Assembly (NCBI GenBank): GCA_051294905.1
Contig: CM119371.1
Coordinates: 28,584,001 to 28,648,000, forward strand
Direction of reading: 5' to 3'
Length of the DNA: 64,000 nucleotides
Source: Botryllus schlosseri
Lineage: Eukaryota
Shown: positions 1 through 14,100 of the stretch, one piece after another
How the letters are laid out: every line of letters begins with the position of its first letter
Position numbering within the stretch: the first letter of the stretch is position 1
Notes under the pieces: model-generated
The model's database searches: none
Told to the model about the DNA's origin: nothing
What the model saw: only the letters and a program-made list of their open reading frames with translations
Translations under genes and position numbers: made by a program

Positions 1-273
1 CCTACCATGATAGAGGATTTGAAATGAGACAGCCATAACTCGTCTATTTTTGTAGAAGAGCGTTTTAAATAACGGAAGGTTTTATATACCGGTATATCAA
101 TGAACAATGACCTGTTCTTCTGCGAAAAGATTGCTAGCTTCATTGCTTCCAAATATATAATGTATATATATAAGTAACCATCAAATGATATAATCAAGAG
201 AATGGCAGAAATACTGCAATGCAAGTTGAAGTCCAGGGTTTTGTGGACTAATATTTTGTTGACGAGATTCTTC

Positions 274-803
274 CAGGGTTGTAATGACTCGAGTCACGTT
301 TTTCAGATGACTCGACTTGACTCGAGTCATTTTCTCAAAATACGGAATTGACTCGACTTGGACTCGAGTCATTGTGCATGACTCAAACCAAGTCATATGA
401 CTCGAGACTCAGACGGCCAAGACTGACGTTTCATTTTAATTTCGAGGAATAGTAAAGTAATCACACTATTGGGATTTCGTCTATGGGTAGCCTACTGGTA
501 CTTGAAAACACGTCAAGAAATTGCTAAAAATGACGAAAATTAGTATATTATAAATGCGAACCATTCGATATCACCAAACAGAGTTATAAAAAGTGGATTT
601 AACAAGCCTTTAATTGTAAACTGGGAAGTCAACATAATGACTTGGACTCAACTCGAGTCATATTACCATGACTCGGACTCGAACCTCTGCTCGGTGACTT
701 GGACTCGGTGGTGAATTGAAAATGACTCGACTTGACTCGAGTCAAAACTAAAAAATTGAGATTGACTTGTGACTCGGAGCCTTGTGACTTGGTTACAACC
801 CTG
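274..803. mobile_element. hAT MITE family A (GACTCGAGTC-rich)
   Basis: TIR CAGGGTTGTAA...TTACAACCCTG; perfect 8-bp TSD GATTCTTC (266-273 and 804-811). Confidence 0.92.
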
Positions 804-3800
804 GATTCTTCACAAGGAGTATGAAACGAACCCTCGACACAACGACCCAATTTTAGTGTGACAATTAACCTAACGGCAATGTCATGATTGCATTGAAATG
901 GCCACAAATGCGCTTGTTTATCAGCAACAAAGCAGTTAGAGAGCCTTCAAGTCACATATATTTGCCTGCGTGCCTTGATTTAAATATTTATCAAGTTCAT
1001 TCCAATAAATTACAGAAATATTCACGGCACATGTCTGCCAATCTGTGGCGCCGTAGCGGTACACAGTTTGGGAATCACTGAACTAGTCGGCAGAATTTCA
1101 AAAGCAAGCTAAGACAACTTATTTTAACCAATCACATCAGTTGGCGGACAATGGGCAGGATACCCTGAATAAATTTGCCGTTCGGGTTACAGAACTCGAG
1201 AATAGCACGAAACAATAAAAAATGGTAATTTTGTTATTAAATTCACTGAAAGCTTCTCGACTAACTCGTCAGTAGCAAACGTCTGTAATATGGTGAATCA
1301 AATTCAAATTTAGATGATTTTCCTACGATGTGACGTCATAATACAAAAACAAACATCAATTTTCGAGTATGGTACTGCGGTAAGACTGGAAACAGTACAT
1401 AGCCTAACTGACGTAAACATACATGGTCATAAATAACACTCCAACAACACATAACATCAATGAAATAAGAGACATTTCTGTAGTCTCTGGAAAACTTCAA
1501 ACGAAATATATATATTGTAATCAAGGTAAAGCAAAATGAAGTAATCTTCAACATAATCTAGTAGCGCATAAGCATATATAATCAAGTGACAATGTCATTG
1601 TGCAGTTCAACTCAAATGTCCGCCATGTAGCCTACAAATCAGTCTGCATTACAGGGTTGGTGCACAATAAGGCCTGTATAGAATCAATGTCCCGTCCCTT
1701 ACTGTAACTAAGACAATAACTGCTGCTCACCTGTTCCATTAGGCAAAACGTACTGAGATGTGAGATTCTAGTCAGACAATAATTAGCCTACATTTGGTTC
1801 GTGCATAAAATCCGATCAGTAAGTACAAGTTTCAAATTCCACTTTCCCATCTAATTCTAAACCAGTGTTTCTTGACCTTTTCAGCGTTCGTACCCCTTGA
1901 GATTTTAATAAAGATTTCGAGTAACCTCTCCCCTGTCCATTTTCAACACAAACTCTGATGAACCTTGATTAAAATCAAAAACACCATAACATGAAATAGT
2001 GCGAAAAACATTTTTGAGTTGAATATATTGACCCAGCTCCCTATTGATGATTCTCCAATTTAAAGTAATTTAATAAAAAAATAGAAATAAAAAGATTAGT
2101 GTGAGCACAGGACACCGATTCCATATACAGGGACCAACTCAGAAAATATTCCAATTGTTGGTTTCAAAAATAAATAAAATTAGGCTCTACATGGCGTATA
2201 GGCCTAATACCACAATCTCGTACCCCTAATGGGTTCCACTGAAAGAAACAGTTAAATGCTAGAGCCCAAATCTGAATGAGCAGTTTTTATAACAGAGGTA
2301 TTGTTCCTGCTTCCTGGGAGTAGAAGTATGTAGCTAACCAAAGTATTATAGTTTTAGCTAGCTGACCACTTAACCTGGAATCCTGTATCCTGGTGAGGTC
2401 TTCTTAAGACGCCAATATTACACAAGACATCGGATATATTTCAGACGTTGATAACAGTAGATTTAGCAAATGAGTCTCCTGGTTCTTTCCTGACTTCTGA
2501 CTATACCGTCTAAATCCTGATTGGAATCGCTGGCTTTTTGCCTGATATGTCAGGTGAGCAGCGATGATTTTCCAAGTTTAAGTAATTTAATAAAAAATAA
2601 TTAAAAAATGAAATATATAGTGTGAGCACACCACAGGACAGTGAGGACACCAATTCCATAAAAGCCGTCTATACGTGCAAAATACATACATTCGCGAACG
2701 CTATGTGCACATGCTACGTGCTATCAGTAAGAGTGGGAATAGTACTGAGGCTGACTGATAGGGGCTATATTATCAGCCCCCAATTCGAGATTACAAACCT
2801 GCACTAGAGAACAATTAACATAAGTGTAGCGGAATGGAAAAGGAGCCCCCTCGAAATTGAATTTCGCAACTACTATGCATACTGCAGCATGAATCGAATG
2901 TATCACTGTTTTTGAGATATCGACCATGGTACCTACGTTTTGAAGCAGCCGTTCCCAAACTTCTCAGTTTTTCGTACAGTAGAAAATTTACAAACCACTC
3001 GAGACACACTTACCAGGAGTAGAAAAGTTTCTTTAAAGAAATTATTTCTACGTGTTCACGCAAAGGACCAGTGATGTTTATACGAAGATTTACGACTGGA
3101 TCGAGGTTCCATTGTAGACAAACATACCCGCATCAGGCAGTATCTGTCTTCACCGCAATCAAAACAGATTAGCCACATTTACTTAGCCATGGACAAAGAA
3201 AATCAACTTTCCAGCCAACGGATGAAGTGAGAGAAAAACTATTTCTGAAGCTGAGCACTGAGCAGGCAAGTTCACCTTTTTTATGGTCAACCGACCACGA
3301 AGCGTGAAAAATTTATCACTTTTTCAGGATTTCCCTCCGGTTTTTCAAGTCTGAAAAAGTGTCCTCTTTTTTTATTTCCAAAATATGGTAGCCCTAATTT
3401 ATAATATAGTAATTTTTCTCCCATTTAGCAGTTTCTGGTCGCATTTTCAAGTACCGGTACCAATAGTTCCCAACCTTTTTGTCTTCATTCCCCACCCCAC
3501 TGCTCAAAATTCCTATATACCCTTAAAAATGCCTCTCCATAACATTTCGCCAGACGTTCAGCAGGGACTTGCTATTAGAAAACCAAAGCCACACCAGTAC
3601 GCAAAACAATCACCCATAACTGCACCATAAAACGTATCGTGAACCGATACCGGAAACCGTCCAAATTTAGCGAAAGCGTTATCTCACGTCATACTGCCTT
3701 GCTGGATGCGTTTGTGACGCCATCATTGGTTGTACGGAGTTGAAATGAGTTTTTGTGAACAACACGCAATATAATTTTCGATACATGCATTCCAGAGCAG

Positions 3801-3822
3801 TTAACTGGCAACGGTTTATCAC

Positions 3823-4694
3823 TAGGGCCATTTTCATATGACCTTAAAAAATCAATAATATGACTTTATGTTGGGGAAAATATGACTTTATGTGGAAATC
3901 ATGTATTTTTACTTGCGAATAACGTCACTCGAGGAACTAAAGAGTAAAACATACGCAATATAACAGTAATACACATCTATTTTTATTTTAAACCACTGTT
4001 GTAGTACAGTTTCATGTAGTGTGGAATGTTAGAGTCTTTCAAGTTACGATTTGAACGTAAAATGACTTTGGTAAGGAAAATGAGCGCTTCACAGAAGCTT
4101 CATAATTTGTTTAACATCGTTTTTGTCCAATCGCTTCTTAATGTAATTTCTGAGCTCAAGCGAATCTTTTCCGAAATCAAGGGCATTCAGATCAGCATGC
4201 GCCTATTTGATGGTGTACGTGTACGTACGTACAACTTTACATTTTGATTATTAAGTTTGAAAAATTGTTGTAGTGGAGGCCTATTTCTGTTATCTGACTA
4301 GTCAACTTCGGATCGTTGACTGAATTTTTCAAGCTCTTTTCAATAACTATTTCACCTTCCTAAGCATTGACTATTTCTTTAACTTGTGGACGTCTCTCGG
4401 CATCATATGGAGCAGCATTCAACCAGCTACCCCAACGAGTAACTGCCTTACTTTCTTGGTGCTTAATTGCTTCACCGCTTAAATTGTTATTTTATATTGA
4501 AAGTATACAACTTTATGACGACTTTCTAACTAAAAAATATGACTATATAACTTAAAAAGCTCATTTACGATCTAACCGGGAAAATATGACTCTATAACTT
4601 TCTTAATATACCTCATAGGGGTGCGGTTTTTGCGTTAAAATTGATTTAACGCCTTACTGATGCATAGAAAAAAATATGACTTTAAATGGCCCTA
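3823..4694 (-). mobile_element. hAT deletion derivative with transposase remnants
   Basis: TIR TAGGGCCATT/AATGGCCCTA, TSD TTTATCAC/GTTATCAC; minus-strand fragments VTRWGSWLNAAPY and SVKRSFS..KVILRSNRNLKDSN (TRW and ERxFS-like hAT motifs) with a stop and a frameshift. Confidence 0.82.
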
Positions 4695-4979
4695 GTTATC
4701 ACGCATGTGCCTCCGTGAATATGTAGAATGTCCTGTATATAATGTTCAACAAATTCGTATATTCCCCACCAGAAACTATTGAATTGGGGGCCACTGATTT
4801 ATAGTAATGTACTAGATGTGTAGATCTGTATTGTTGGAGATTTTTATTTTCATGACCCAGTGAAAATTTGGGGTTCCGCAAAGGCTTGCAGATTTGAGCG
4901 AGTGTCCCACAGGTTATTGAAGGTTAAGAACCCCTACCCTAAACACAACACCTTTCACGCAAACTACCAAGCAACGCAA

Positions 4980-4990
4980 TTTATTTTATT
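4980..4990 (-). terminator. Putative TTC17 polyadenylation signal (two overlapping AATAAA)
   Basis: The plus strand reads TTTATTTTATT ~42 nt past the stop codon. Confidence 0.6.
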
Positions 4991-5031
4991 CCGCCGGCTA
5001 GAACGCGACAGACACGTAAAATCGCGAGGCC

Positions 5032-5151
5032 TCAGGCTTCCCAGCGTTGTTTTTCGCAAACGGCTGCTTTGTATCTCAATTCCGCGATTCCCAGCTCTGG
5101 CTGTAGTTCCAAGGCGCGTTTGAACGATGGTATCGATTCCTTCATGTCTCC
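5032..5151 (-). CDS. TTC17: TTC17 terminal coding exon 29
   Basis: atccag|GDMKESIPSFKRALELQPELGIAELRYKAAVCEKQRWEA*(TGA). Confidence 0.92.
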   Translation of the reverse strand, partial: GDMKESIPSFKRALELQPELGIAELRYKAAVCEKQRWEA

Positions 5152-8100
5152 CTGGATCGATAATGCAATTAGTCGCAACGAATATAAACCTACCGTCTCT
5201 CTATTTATCTATCTAAAATGTGACCTTATTTTTTAGTAAACCGACAATGAAGTGGGAAAAATTGACCGTTTTTTCAGGATTTTCCTCCAGTTTTGCAAGT
5301 CTGGAAATTTTGAAAAAGCGTCCTCTTTTCAGATTTCCGAAATATGGTAACCCTAGTACAGCTTGCTCAAGTGGTTATGTTTATAGACTAATTGCACCTT
5401 CTACTGACCAGTTCTGAGTATTTCAAGCAAAAATGGACCCACAATACTCATTTTTTACTCGCACGGACATGTCTTTGAAATAACTACTTCTACTTGCCAT
5501 TGAATACAAATATACAGCGTCACTAATATTCCTAGTTGAGTAGCAATAATCACTACTATTAACCACTTGTGACGATATCTCTAAAACACTATACCAAACC
5601 CAGCATAGCTAAACAGCTTACCTTAGCTGCCAATATATTGGCCAGCGTAAAATGGTATAGAAAATCGTCCGGCCTGAGCAAAAGCGCTTCCCTCGCCACG
5701 AACAGCGCGTCGTTCCACTGTTCTAGCTGCGCGAAAATGTTTGCCAAGCCCAGAAACACGATGTCTCGCATTTCGGCGGGAGCCAGAGTTAGAGACAATC
5801 GTAAGCAGTTGATGGCCTGTAAAAAGATTTTAGAAAATTGTGAGAGACCGTGTCACCAAATCTTGTTGATATCCAATGTCCTATTCAAATTCTCTGCTTG
5901 TTGCTGACGTACCAGTCTGACGTGAGCATAAATTCACAACGATACTCTTACATTGAACAAGTACCAACGATGACCCCTTATTTCAAACCCTAAACTCCAT
6001 GTACGCCGTCAAAAACCCAAACCTCTTTCGCCTTTCCCTTCAGCCTCCAGTAGTACGAGGTGAGATACGACAGACGCCAAGAGTTCGGGTTGCGTTTCGT
6101 CCCTTCCTTGAGTCGGTCCGTCATTTCCGAGATGTCGCCGCCCTTGATGAGCTGTTCGAGCAGCTGAAAAAATCCAGGCCAGGTTGAAAACGTCTATCAG
6201 TCCTGATACTTGGAAAATAGGGCCAGGAACTGTCAAGTCTGAGGAAAATTACAATATTAGGAATGCGAGCCATTCTATATCACTCGAACAGAGCTGAAAA
6301 AAAAGGGTTGAATCGGATTGAACTGAAAACTAATAGTACTTATACTTAACATAATGACTTAGACTCTGACTCAAAACACTATGGCTCAGACTCAGCCCTC
6401 TACTCACTGACTCGGACTTGACTCGGTGGTGAATTGAAAATGACTCGACATGACTCGAGTCAAAACTATAAAAGTGAGATCGACTTGTGAGTCGGAACCT
6501 TTCGCCTCGGTTACAAAACCCTGCCATAAACTCACCGTTTTCATTCCAAACTCTCCGTCGTAGCTCAAATACAAATCCCTGTCAACGATAGTCTTCAAAT
6601 CGTCAACGAGCGGTGCCGAGGTGCACCGACAAAAGGGCTCGTATATCTCGTAGCCGCCGCTCTTGGCGAAGGGCAGTTCTTCGGTGAAACTGCGACAATA
6701 TCGGAGGTTGACATTTCAAAACCAACGCCAGATCGGATTTCAATAGCATACCAGTTCGAATACACGGTAAAATTCAATTTAGGGCAGCAGTTCTCGACCT
6801 TTTTGGAAAGGCGCCGCCGTTGGCGATGGTCAAAAAATTTGCGCCCCCCCTGACCCCCCTTCCCGCACTTATCGTCATTTATAAAAGAGCACATCATCTC
6901 ATGAAGTGGTGGGCAACCTTTTTGATTATCACGGCCGCATTTTGACTACTTGTGGTGTTTTATGCATCCACTAGGTGTCTATCTTTGCGTCATTTCCTTT
7001 CGTAATTATTTTGTCTGTTTGCCCTTCAGTTAGTTGATCATTCTGGGTTAAGGCGTTTCGAGAGTAGCATGTGTTTCCTGATTTACTTGTATGTAAACGT
7101 TTCTATTCTTTGTAGCTTAGTCTACACTTTTAGTCAATAAAAGCCTAGAAAACCGTGTGTATATCAAGAGGGTTTTTCTCGAAAGGTCACGACACTACTT
7201 ATGTAGCCTAAGGTCGCATTCCAGAGCATAGACGTTACGAACTGACTGGTCGCAAAATACCTATGTATGTATGCATGTATGAATCGGTAGTGGAAATAGT
7301 GGAAATAGATTGAAATCGCCGAAATATACCATAAACAAATTTCTTTCGTGAGGAGCACACGATTCCGATTCCGGCTCAGACTGAGAAGGACGCAACTATA
7401 TTAAAAATCGAAAACATGAATAGATGTTAAATTGCGCGGAGCGCGAAAAAAAATTTCAAGATTATTTGAAATCTGTCCAAAATTCGCGAGGGAATTCGTG
7501 ATTTCAATTTGCATGTCGACGGCCGCCAATACATACTAATTGACTTAGGTGTCGATGGCCGCACAAATTCCCTTCTACGGCCGCAGGTTGCCCATCTCTG
7601 CTCTAATAGTACACATACGGGTATATCTGAGGCCAAGTTTGAATCCGCATTCCAGTTACAGAGTCTTTAACATTTCTGACGAATTTACCCAAACTTGTTT
7701 GAAAATAGCAAAAAACATTGAACAGGACATCAATTCAGTTCAAGGTAGGTTGCACTGAGGCTAATCCTAATGCTAGTAGTGACTACAGATAGCATGGCAT
7801 CGTTCTGTACTGCCACGCTTAATTTAATCAGATTTGGAATCAAATTGTGTTGATTTAGGGTAGCCTAATCGAGCGCTAAACCGGGTAACCTATATTGCAT
7901 CTTAGTCTGTCTTAAGCAGTGCAGTTCGCCAGCTATTAACAACAGCTACCCATCGAACCGATCTTTAGTCTACTGCCAAAGATATGAAGTAATAAATCTT
8001 AAAAAACATCAAACATTTGCTCAAATGAAGTTGAAATCAGCCTACACCCCGTTGAGCGCGACGGCTGGAGTTTCAATTTGGCGAGTTTTCTCGAACATGA

Positions 8101-11100
8101 AATAAGTTTCATCTTCAACAATCGTCTTCTCAGAACGGCTGTGAAACATATGTTTAGTCAAAATTCACACAGACTTTGTCAGTCAATTTTTCACGCCCCC
8201 CCCCAAGGAGGGCGCGCCCCCCAGGTTGAGAACCACTGAAGGGATGTTTTGAAAACGGGCAATACTGATAAATTAATCGGGTTAAATCCATGTACGAATG
8301 CCAATGCAAAAATGATCAGATAATCTTGCTCGCATTAACCAGACTTGAAAAACTAGAAAATCTTCAGCGTTTCCAAATTAGATTACAACTACAATTACAG
8401 CGACAACGTTTTTTTTTCAAATTAGAGTAGAATAAGAATTATAGCTACACAGTTATTTCCAAATTAGAATTAGAATTACTGCTACACGGCTATTTCTAAA
8501 TTATCGTAATTTTCCAAGTATAGTACGCCCCCATGTATAATGCGCACCCTTAAAATGGCATGCATTACATGAATAGCAGTGTTTTAGTACGCGATGTTGT
8601 CTGTTTTGCGATGTCACTGTCCAACAATCATGACATAACGATCGATAGCCTAATCATTATGGAATTAACGGCATTGTCTCTAAACGATAGTAGATAGCAG
8701 CCAAAGCCTGCGAGGCTGGCGACGCGATAGTTCGGGTCAGCGACGCGACATCTTGCGCACGAGACCTATTACAGACGCGATTGCTAATCATTATACAAGT
8801 ATATACGATAGTAGATAGCAGCCAAAGCCCGCGAGGCCGGCGACGCGACATCTTGCGCACGAGGTCAGATGCGATTGCGCAGGCCAACGGTTCGCGTTCG
8901 CGTGCTGATTGATTGGCACGCTTCTTGCTAATTGGCAGCGCGTCACACTGATAATACGAATTACTGGGGGCGATGGCTGAAAGTGATGCGCGATCGGAAA
9001 CAATCACGAAGAAAGGTGCGATTTCAAGTTTTTTATCGAGGGAGAGTTTTTTCAAGCGTGTTGTTCCCATGCATAATACGCACCTCTCGATTTTAGGGCG
9101 AAAAACCGTGAAAATTTTGCGCATTATACATGGATAATTACGGCAAATTGAAAGTAGAATTATAGCTACAAAGTCTTTTCCCAAATTAGATCAAAATCAG
9201 AATTACAGCTACGATATTTTTTTTTCTAAATCAGAGTAGAATTAGAATTTAACTACACAATTAGTTCCAAATTAGATTAAAAATAGAACTACAACTACAG
9301 AGTTTTTTCCAAAATAGAGCTACAATTTACGTTTTCCAAATTTGATTAGAATTAAAATTACAGCTACACGTTTTTTTTCCAAATTAGAGTAGAATTAGAA
9401 TTATAGCTACAGTTATTTTCAAATTAGATTAAAATTAGAAATATAGCTACCGAGTTGTTTTCGAAATTAGAGTAGAATTAGATTTACTGAATTAGCAAAA
9501 ACTTTGAAACATTGAATGTATGCACAGCAAGCTTGGGTAGCTTCGCACTATACAGTCCAGACTAGAATTAAAACTAGATAATCGTCGTCCATTACGATCA
9601 GTTAACTGGGCCGCCCACACAGATCCCAAGCAACCCAACTTACTTATATCCGCGGATGTTCACGTTCAGATTCGACGTGATGTAGGACTTGATGTCGACC
9701 TCTTGCAGGACTTGAGAGCATTCCGACTTGGTGAAGCTCTCTTTCCTAAAGGGCGACATGAACAACATTTATTACTCATAAATTATATTTCCCAGTCACG
9801 AAAAGCAAGTTTGGGTTTGTAAAGCAGCTCAAAATAATATCAGATATGTTTTCAAAAAGGCACCGTGCACTGAATAAGATGTGGACGCAAATAAATATCT
9901 TGGCACCAGCCTTCATCCTCAGAAAGCTACCGTATTCTAGTTGCAGCTACAGGAGTTTCAGGAAATGTACCAGTCCAAACTAGCTATCTGTGGTACCGGT
10001 TTCCAGAAAGTGCAACAGCGAAGTAATGTGTAAATCAGTAGCTTCAAAATGGGTTGGGATGCGATATCACCAGTGGTCGGTCGGATTAATCTGGTTTGCA
10101 CGGGTTCTAGAGAACCGTCTCTTCACCTCAATTATTCGAAATTTCACGCCAGTGACATCATAGCTAGCATTACTATTGTCGATATACAATGTTCTCTCCA
10201 ATTCCGTGCTAGTTGCTGACGATTACCCCTGACGAGGGTCAGGGCTCCGAAAATATTCGCGTTTATTTCAAACTATCAGCTCCAATTTGAGACTATATCC
10301 TACTTAGAGCGCAGCGCCCCTTGAAAAACATGTTAGATGTCTCAAAATCCGCAATAAACAACTGTATATGCTGCCAAAACTCACATCGGGGAGGGTTTGA
10401 TGACGGCGCCGGTCCCGAGGGTGTAGGAAGCCTCCTCCATCAACGATCCCAGATTATCGCGCATCTGCGACAGCTGAACCATCATCTTCTTGGCCGACGA
10501 GCTAAGCTGCTACACGAGATATGAAAACGGGTGATTAGACCCAGACAGGAATGCGATCGTGGGTTAATGAAGCATAAACGCACAAAACAACGTGCCCCAA
10601 GATTTATCAGATCACGCTCGGTGAAAAGCTCACTCTCGACTCATCTGATAAAGCTTGCTGCGGAGCAACCTAAAGGCCATAAACTCTGCCAATTGGCAAG
10701 CATCTGTTGGATAATCCTGCATGCGCGAAAAATTATCGAGACCACAGATTTCATGCCGTCGGAAAGGGTCGTTCACACTTTCCTTTTAGTGCCTTAGAGC
10801 CCACTTTTATCAAAATACACCAGCCAAGGCTGTGTCAACAAAAGGAGTTAGGGTACCATCTAAAAACAGTACATTGTACTCTCTCGTATTCGAAATTCCA
10901 TGCCGGTGACGTCATACTTTGTGGTACGACTGTTAATATACAAAGTTCTTTCCAATTCTCTACTAAAGAGCTTCTTGGAGGTACAGAAATTCAATATACA
11001 ATTGGATAGTATATTCATATTGACATGAACCCAAATGTTTTCGGCTGACACTCGTCAGGGGTGATCGTCAGCAACTAGTGGAAAATTGGAAAGAACATTG

Positions 11101-14100
11101 TATATCAACAATCGTATCTCGAAATATGACGTCACCAGCATGAAATTTTCGAATAAGAAATAGTACATTGAACGCTCTCTTATTTGATCTCATTTCATGC
11201 CGGTGACGTCATATTTTGACGGTTGTTGATATATAATGTTCTTTCTAATTATCTACTAGTTGCTGTCGATTACCCCTGACGAGTGTCAGCCGATAATATT
11301 TGGGTTCATTACAATATGTATATACCGTTCAATTGTATACTGAAGTTTTGTACCTCCAAGAAGCTATCCAGAGAGATCTCTACAGTATCCAAAACAACAT
11401 CCAAAAACAAGTTCAAGTTGAAACCTACCTCTTTACTGCCATCTTGTGCTACGTGCGATAGCTTTTTGATAACCGCGTCTGCGTCGTTCAGAATTTTATC
11501 GGCGTCTTCTTTGGTCGTCTCCAGACGCCTGACCAGGTCTGATTGATCTGACCGGGAAAATGTACTCATGTTTTTTCACATATGACCAATTGTCCACCCA
11601 ACATAATTTGCTAACTTGTGTACGATTCTGGTAGAGATGACTATCTCTAGCACCTTCCTAATAGTAACTTCCTACTTTGCCGAGTTGGTTTTCATTAAAT
11701 CGTCCGTTTATACACTTGTCATAGTGCTGTTAACTCTTGATGCGAGGCACACATCAAGTTTTGGACATATTAATTATTCAGCAACGAATGTAGTCTTGAA
11801 AGCGTGATTGTGGAAATGTGAAGGTGCTGGAAACGGAAATGGCCGAAAAGTAGTTGAAAAATAACGGGAGAAATCACCTGAAGAATTTTCGCCTTCCGTG
11901 CCTGTGACTGTAAAAGAAAATGGAGATTATAAAAAATGCGACGAAAATAGCTACGTAGTAGAATATTTATCTCATAGTCGGTACTGGACCGTAATCTGTT
12001 AAAATTGACGGATATCTTCGAAGGATCAAAACCTCAACCCGAGAATATCGCGATTACTCAAAACCTGGATTGACTGATACTGAAGACAAAAGGATACTAT
12101 AACATTTCTTTTATGAGTGAGATCGCCATAAGAACCACTAGACATAGTTTGGGACGTAAAGTAACTGAATATAGTCTCAAAGATTATATCTATTCGCAGG
12201 CTCATCCGCTATTTTTTGTTTGTCACAAGCTGGGTTTGTAACCAAGTCACGAGTCAATCTCACTTTTATAGCTTTGACTCGAGTCGAGTCATTTTCAATT
12301 CACCACCGAGTCAAGTTCGAGTCATTGTGTTCACTGTTCAGTTTTGAGCATGCATAATCTCGTAATTTTCCTCAGTCCCGACAGTTTCTGGCCCTATTTT
12401 TCTAGTATCGGGACTGGTAGACGAAACACCAAATAATGTGGTGACTTTATTATTATTATTCAACACAATTGACCGCAATTGAGCACAAATTTAAGACCCC
12501 ACTTCCACCGGGTTCAGTACCAACAATGTCTAGCTTGACACAACCAGAGAAAAGTGCAATCGAATTCCCTACCTGTCATATGAAAACTCTCCATGGTGAA
12601 CACTTGCGACTCCACCTCCGTCGGCTGTTGACGAGGCAAAAAAAGGAAAGAGAAAATTAGCCTTTAATTATTTTGAAACCATCTCAAATCTCCGACATTT
12701 TATGAATTTTTGAATTCATTGAAAATTCTTCTTAAATTACTTTTTCTAATTTGTTCAATTTCTAATCCATTTGGAGCTTTTTCAATCTCAGATTTTTTTG
12801 CAGTGTTTTTTTTTTCGAATTTCGAATTTTCGTCAATTTTTATTCGAAATTTTGAGTTTTTTTTTATTTTGCATTTTATTAATATTCAAAATTCGACTGA
12901 TTTCGCAATTTATTACATTCGATATGTCAAATCTTGAATTATTTGGTTATTTATCTAGAATTGGACTTCAATTTTTGGTATTTTTTAGTATCTTTTGAAA
13001 ACATCTCAAATTTCCGAAATTTTATGAATTTTTCGAGTTCATTTCAAATTCTTTTTCAGTGATTTTTTTTCAATTTTTTGAATTTCTAATCCATTCGGAA
13101 CTATTTTAATCTAAATTTTTTTATAATCGCATTTTATTAAGATTCAAAATTCGAACAAACTCATAATTTTTTACTTTCGAATTGTCAAATCTCAAATTAT
13201 TTGGGTTTTTATTTGAATTTTTATTTCATTTTTTAGTATATTTTAACATTCGCATTTGGATTTTTTTTCTGCGATTTTTTCAAATTTCAAAATTTATTTT
13301 CTGATATTTCTCCATTTTCCATTGTATTCTTTACCGAAACTCACCTCGCGTTTCCTCTCGTAATCCTTCCCGAGAATGGCTTCTCTGGTCTCCTTGTCGT
13401 ACTTAGCGCCGCACTTGACGTGAAACAAGGCGTACAGTATCTCCTTGGACTCGGGCTGGAGAAAGAGCCCGTACTCGTAAAAGGTAACCGCCCCCGAAAC
13501 GTTGCCCTTGGCTTGAAACACGTTGCCAAGTCCGAGGTAGGTCGACGGCTGAAAAGAGTATGCAGATTACACCAAGCAATATCCTCATATCAGAAGATTT
13601 TTGGTACACACTACTGGATTTTTAAAATTCGCAACTAAAACTAGAACTAGAACCAAGCACCTTTAAAAATCCGCAACTAACCAACTAAAACACATCTAAT
13701 TAGATTCAATACCAAAGCATCCTATCAATTTTATAATATCGGAATCCAGGGCTGTAACCAAGTCACAAGGCTCCGAGTCACAAGTCAATCTCGCTTTTAT
13801 AGTTTTGACTCGAGTCAAGTCGAGTCATTTTCAATTCACCATCGAGTCAAGTCCGAGTCCAAGACAGCGAGCAGAGGGTCGAGTCCGAGTCATGCTATTT
13901 TGACTCGAGTCCGAGTCCAAGTCATTGTGTTGACTGCTCAGTTTCCAGTTAAAGTCTTGTTAAACCCACATTTTATAACTTGTTTGGTGATATCGAATGG
14001 TTTACATTTACAATATACTAATTTTCCTCACTTTTAGCAGTTTCTGGTCGCATTTTCAAGTACCAGTATTAATAGACGAAATCCCAGTAGTGTGATTACT

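Noticed and set aside
181..907. ORFs rich in MTRVESS-like peptides (also 24012, 36675, 55409)
   Set aside because: They are translations of the GACTCGAGTC motifs of MITE family A, not genes
3010..3190. Minus-strand donor-like sites and a short ORF (MWLICFDCGEDRYCLMR) suggesting a third tandem gene
   Set aside because: There is no recognisable homology and I could not chain it to further exons in 1-3000
8657..9184. Longest supplied ORF (175 aa)
   Set aside because: It lies almost entirely inside a non-autonomous element, shows no recognisable domain, and is not open in the sister copy at 42781-43605
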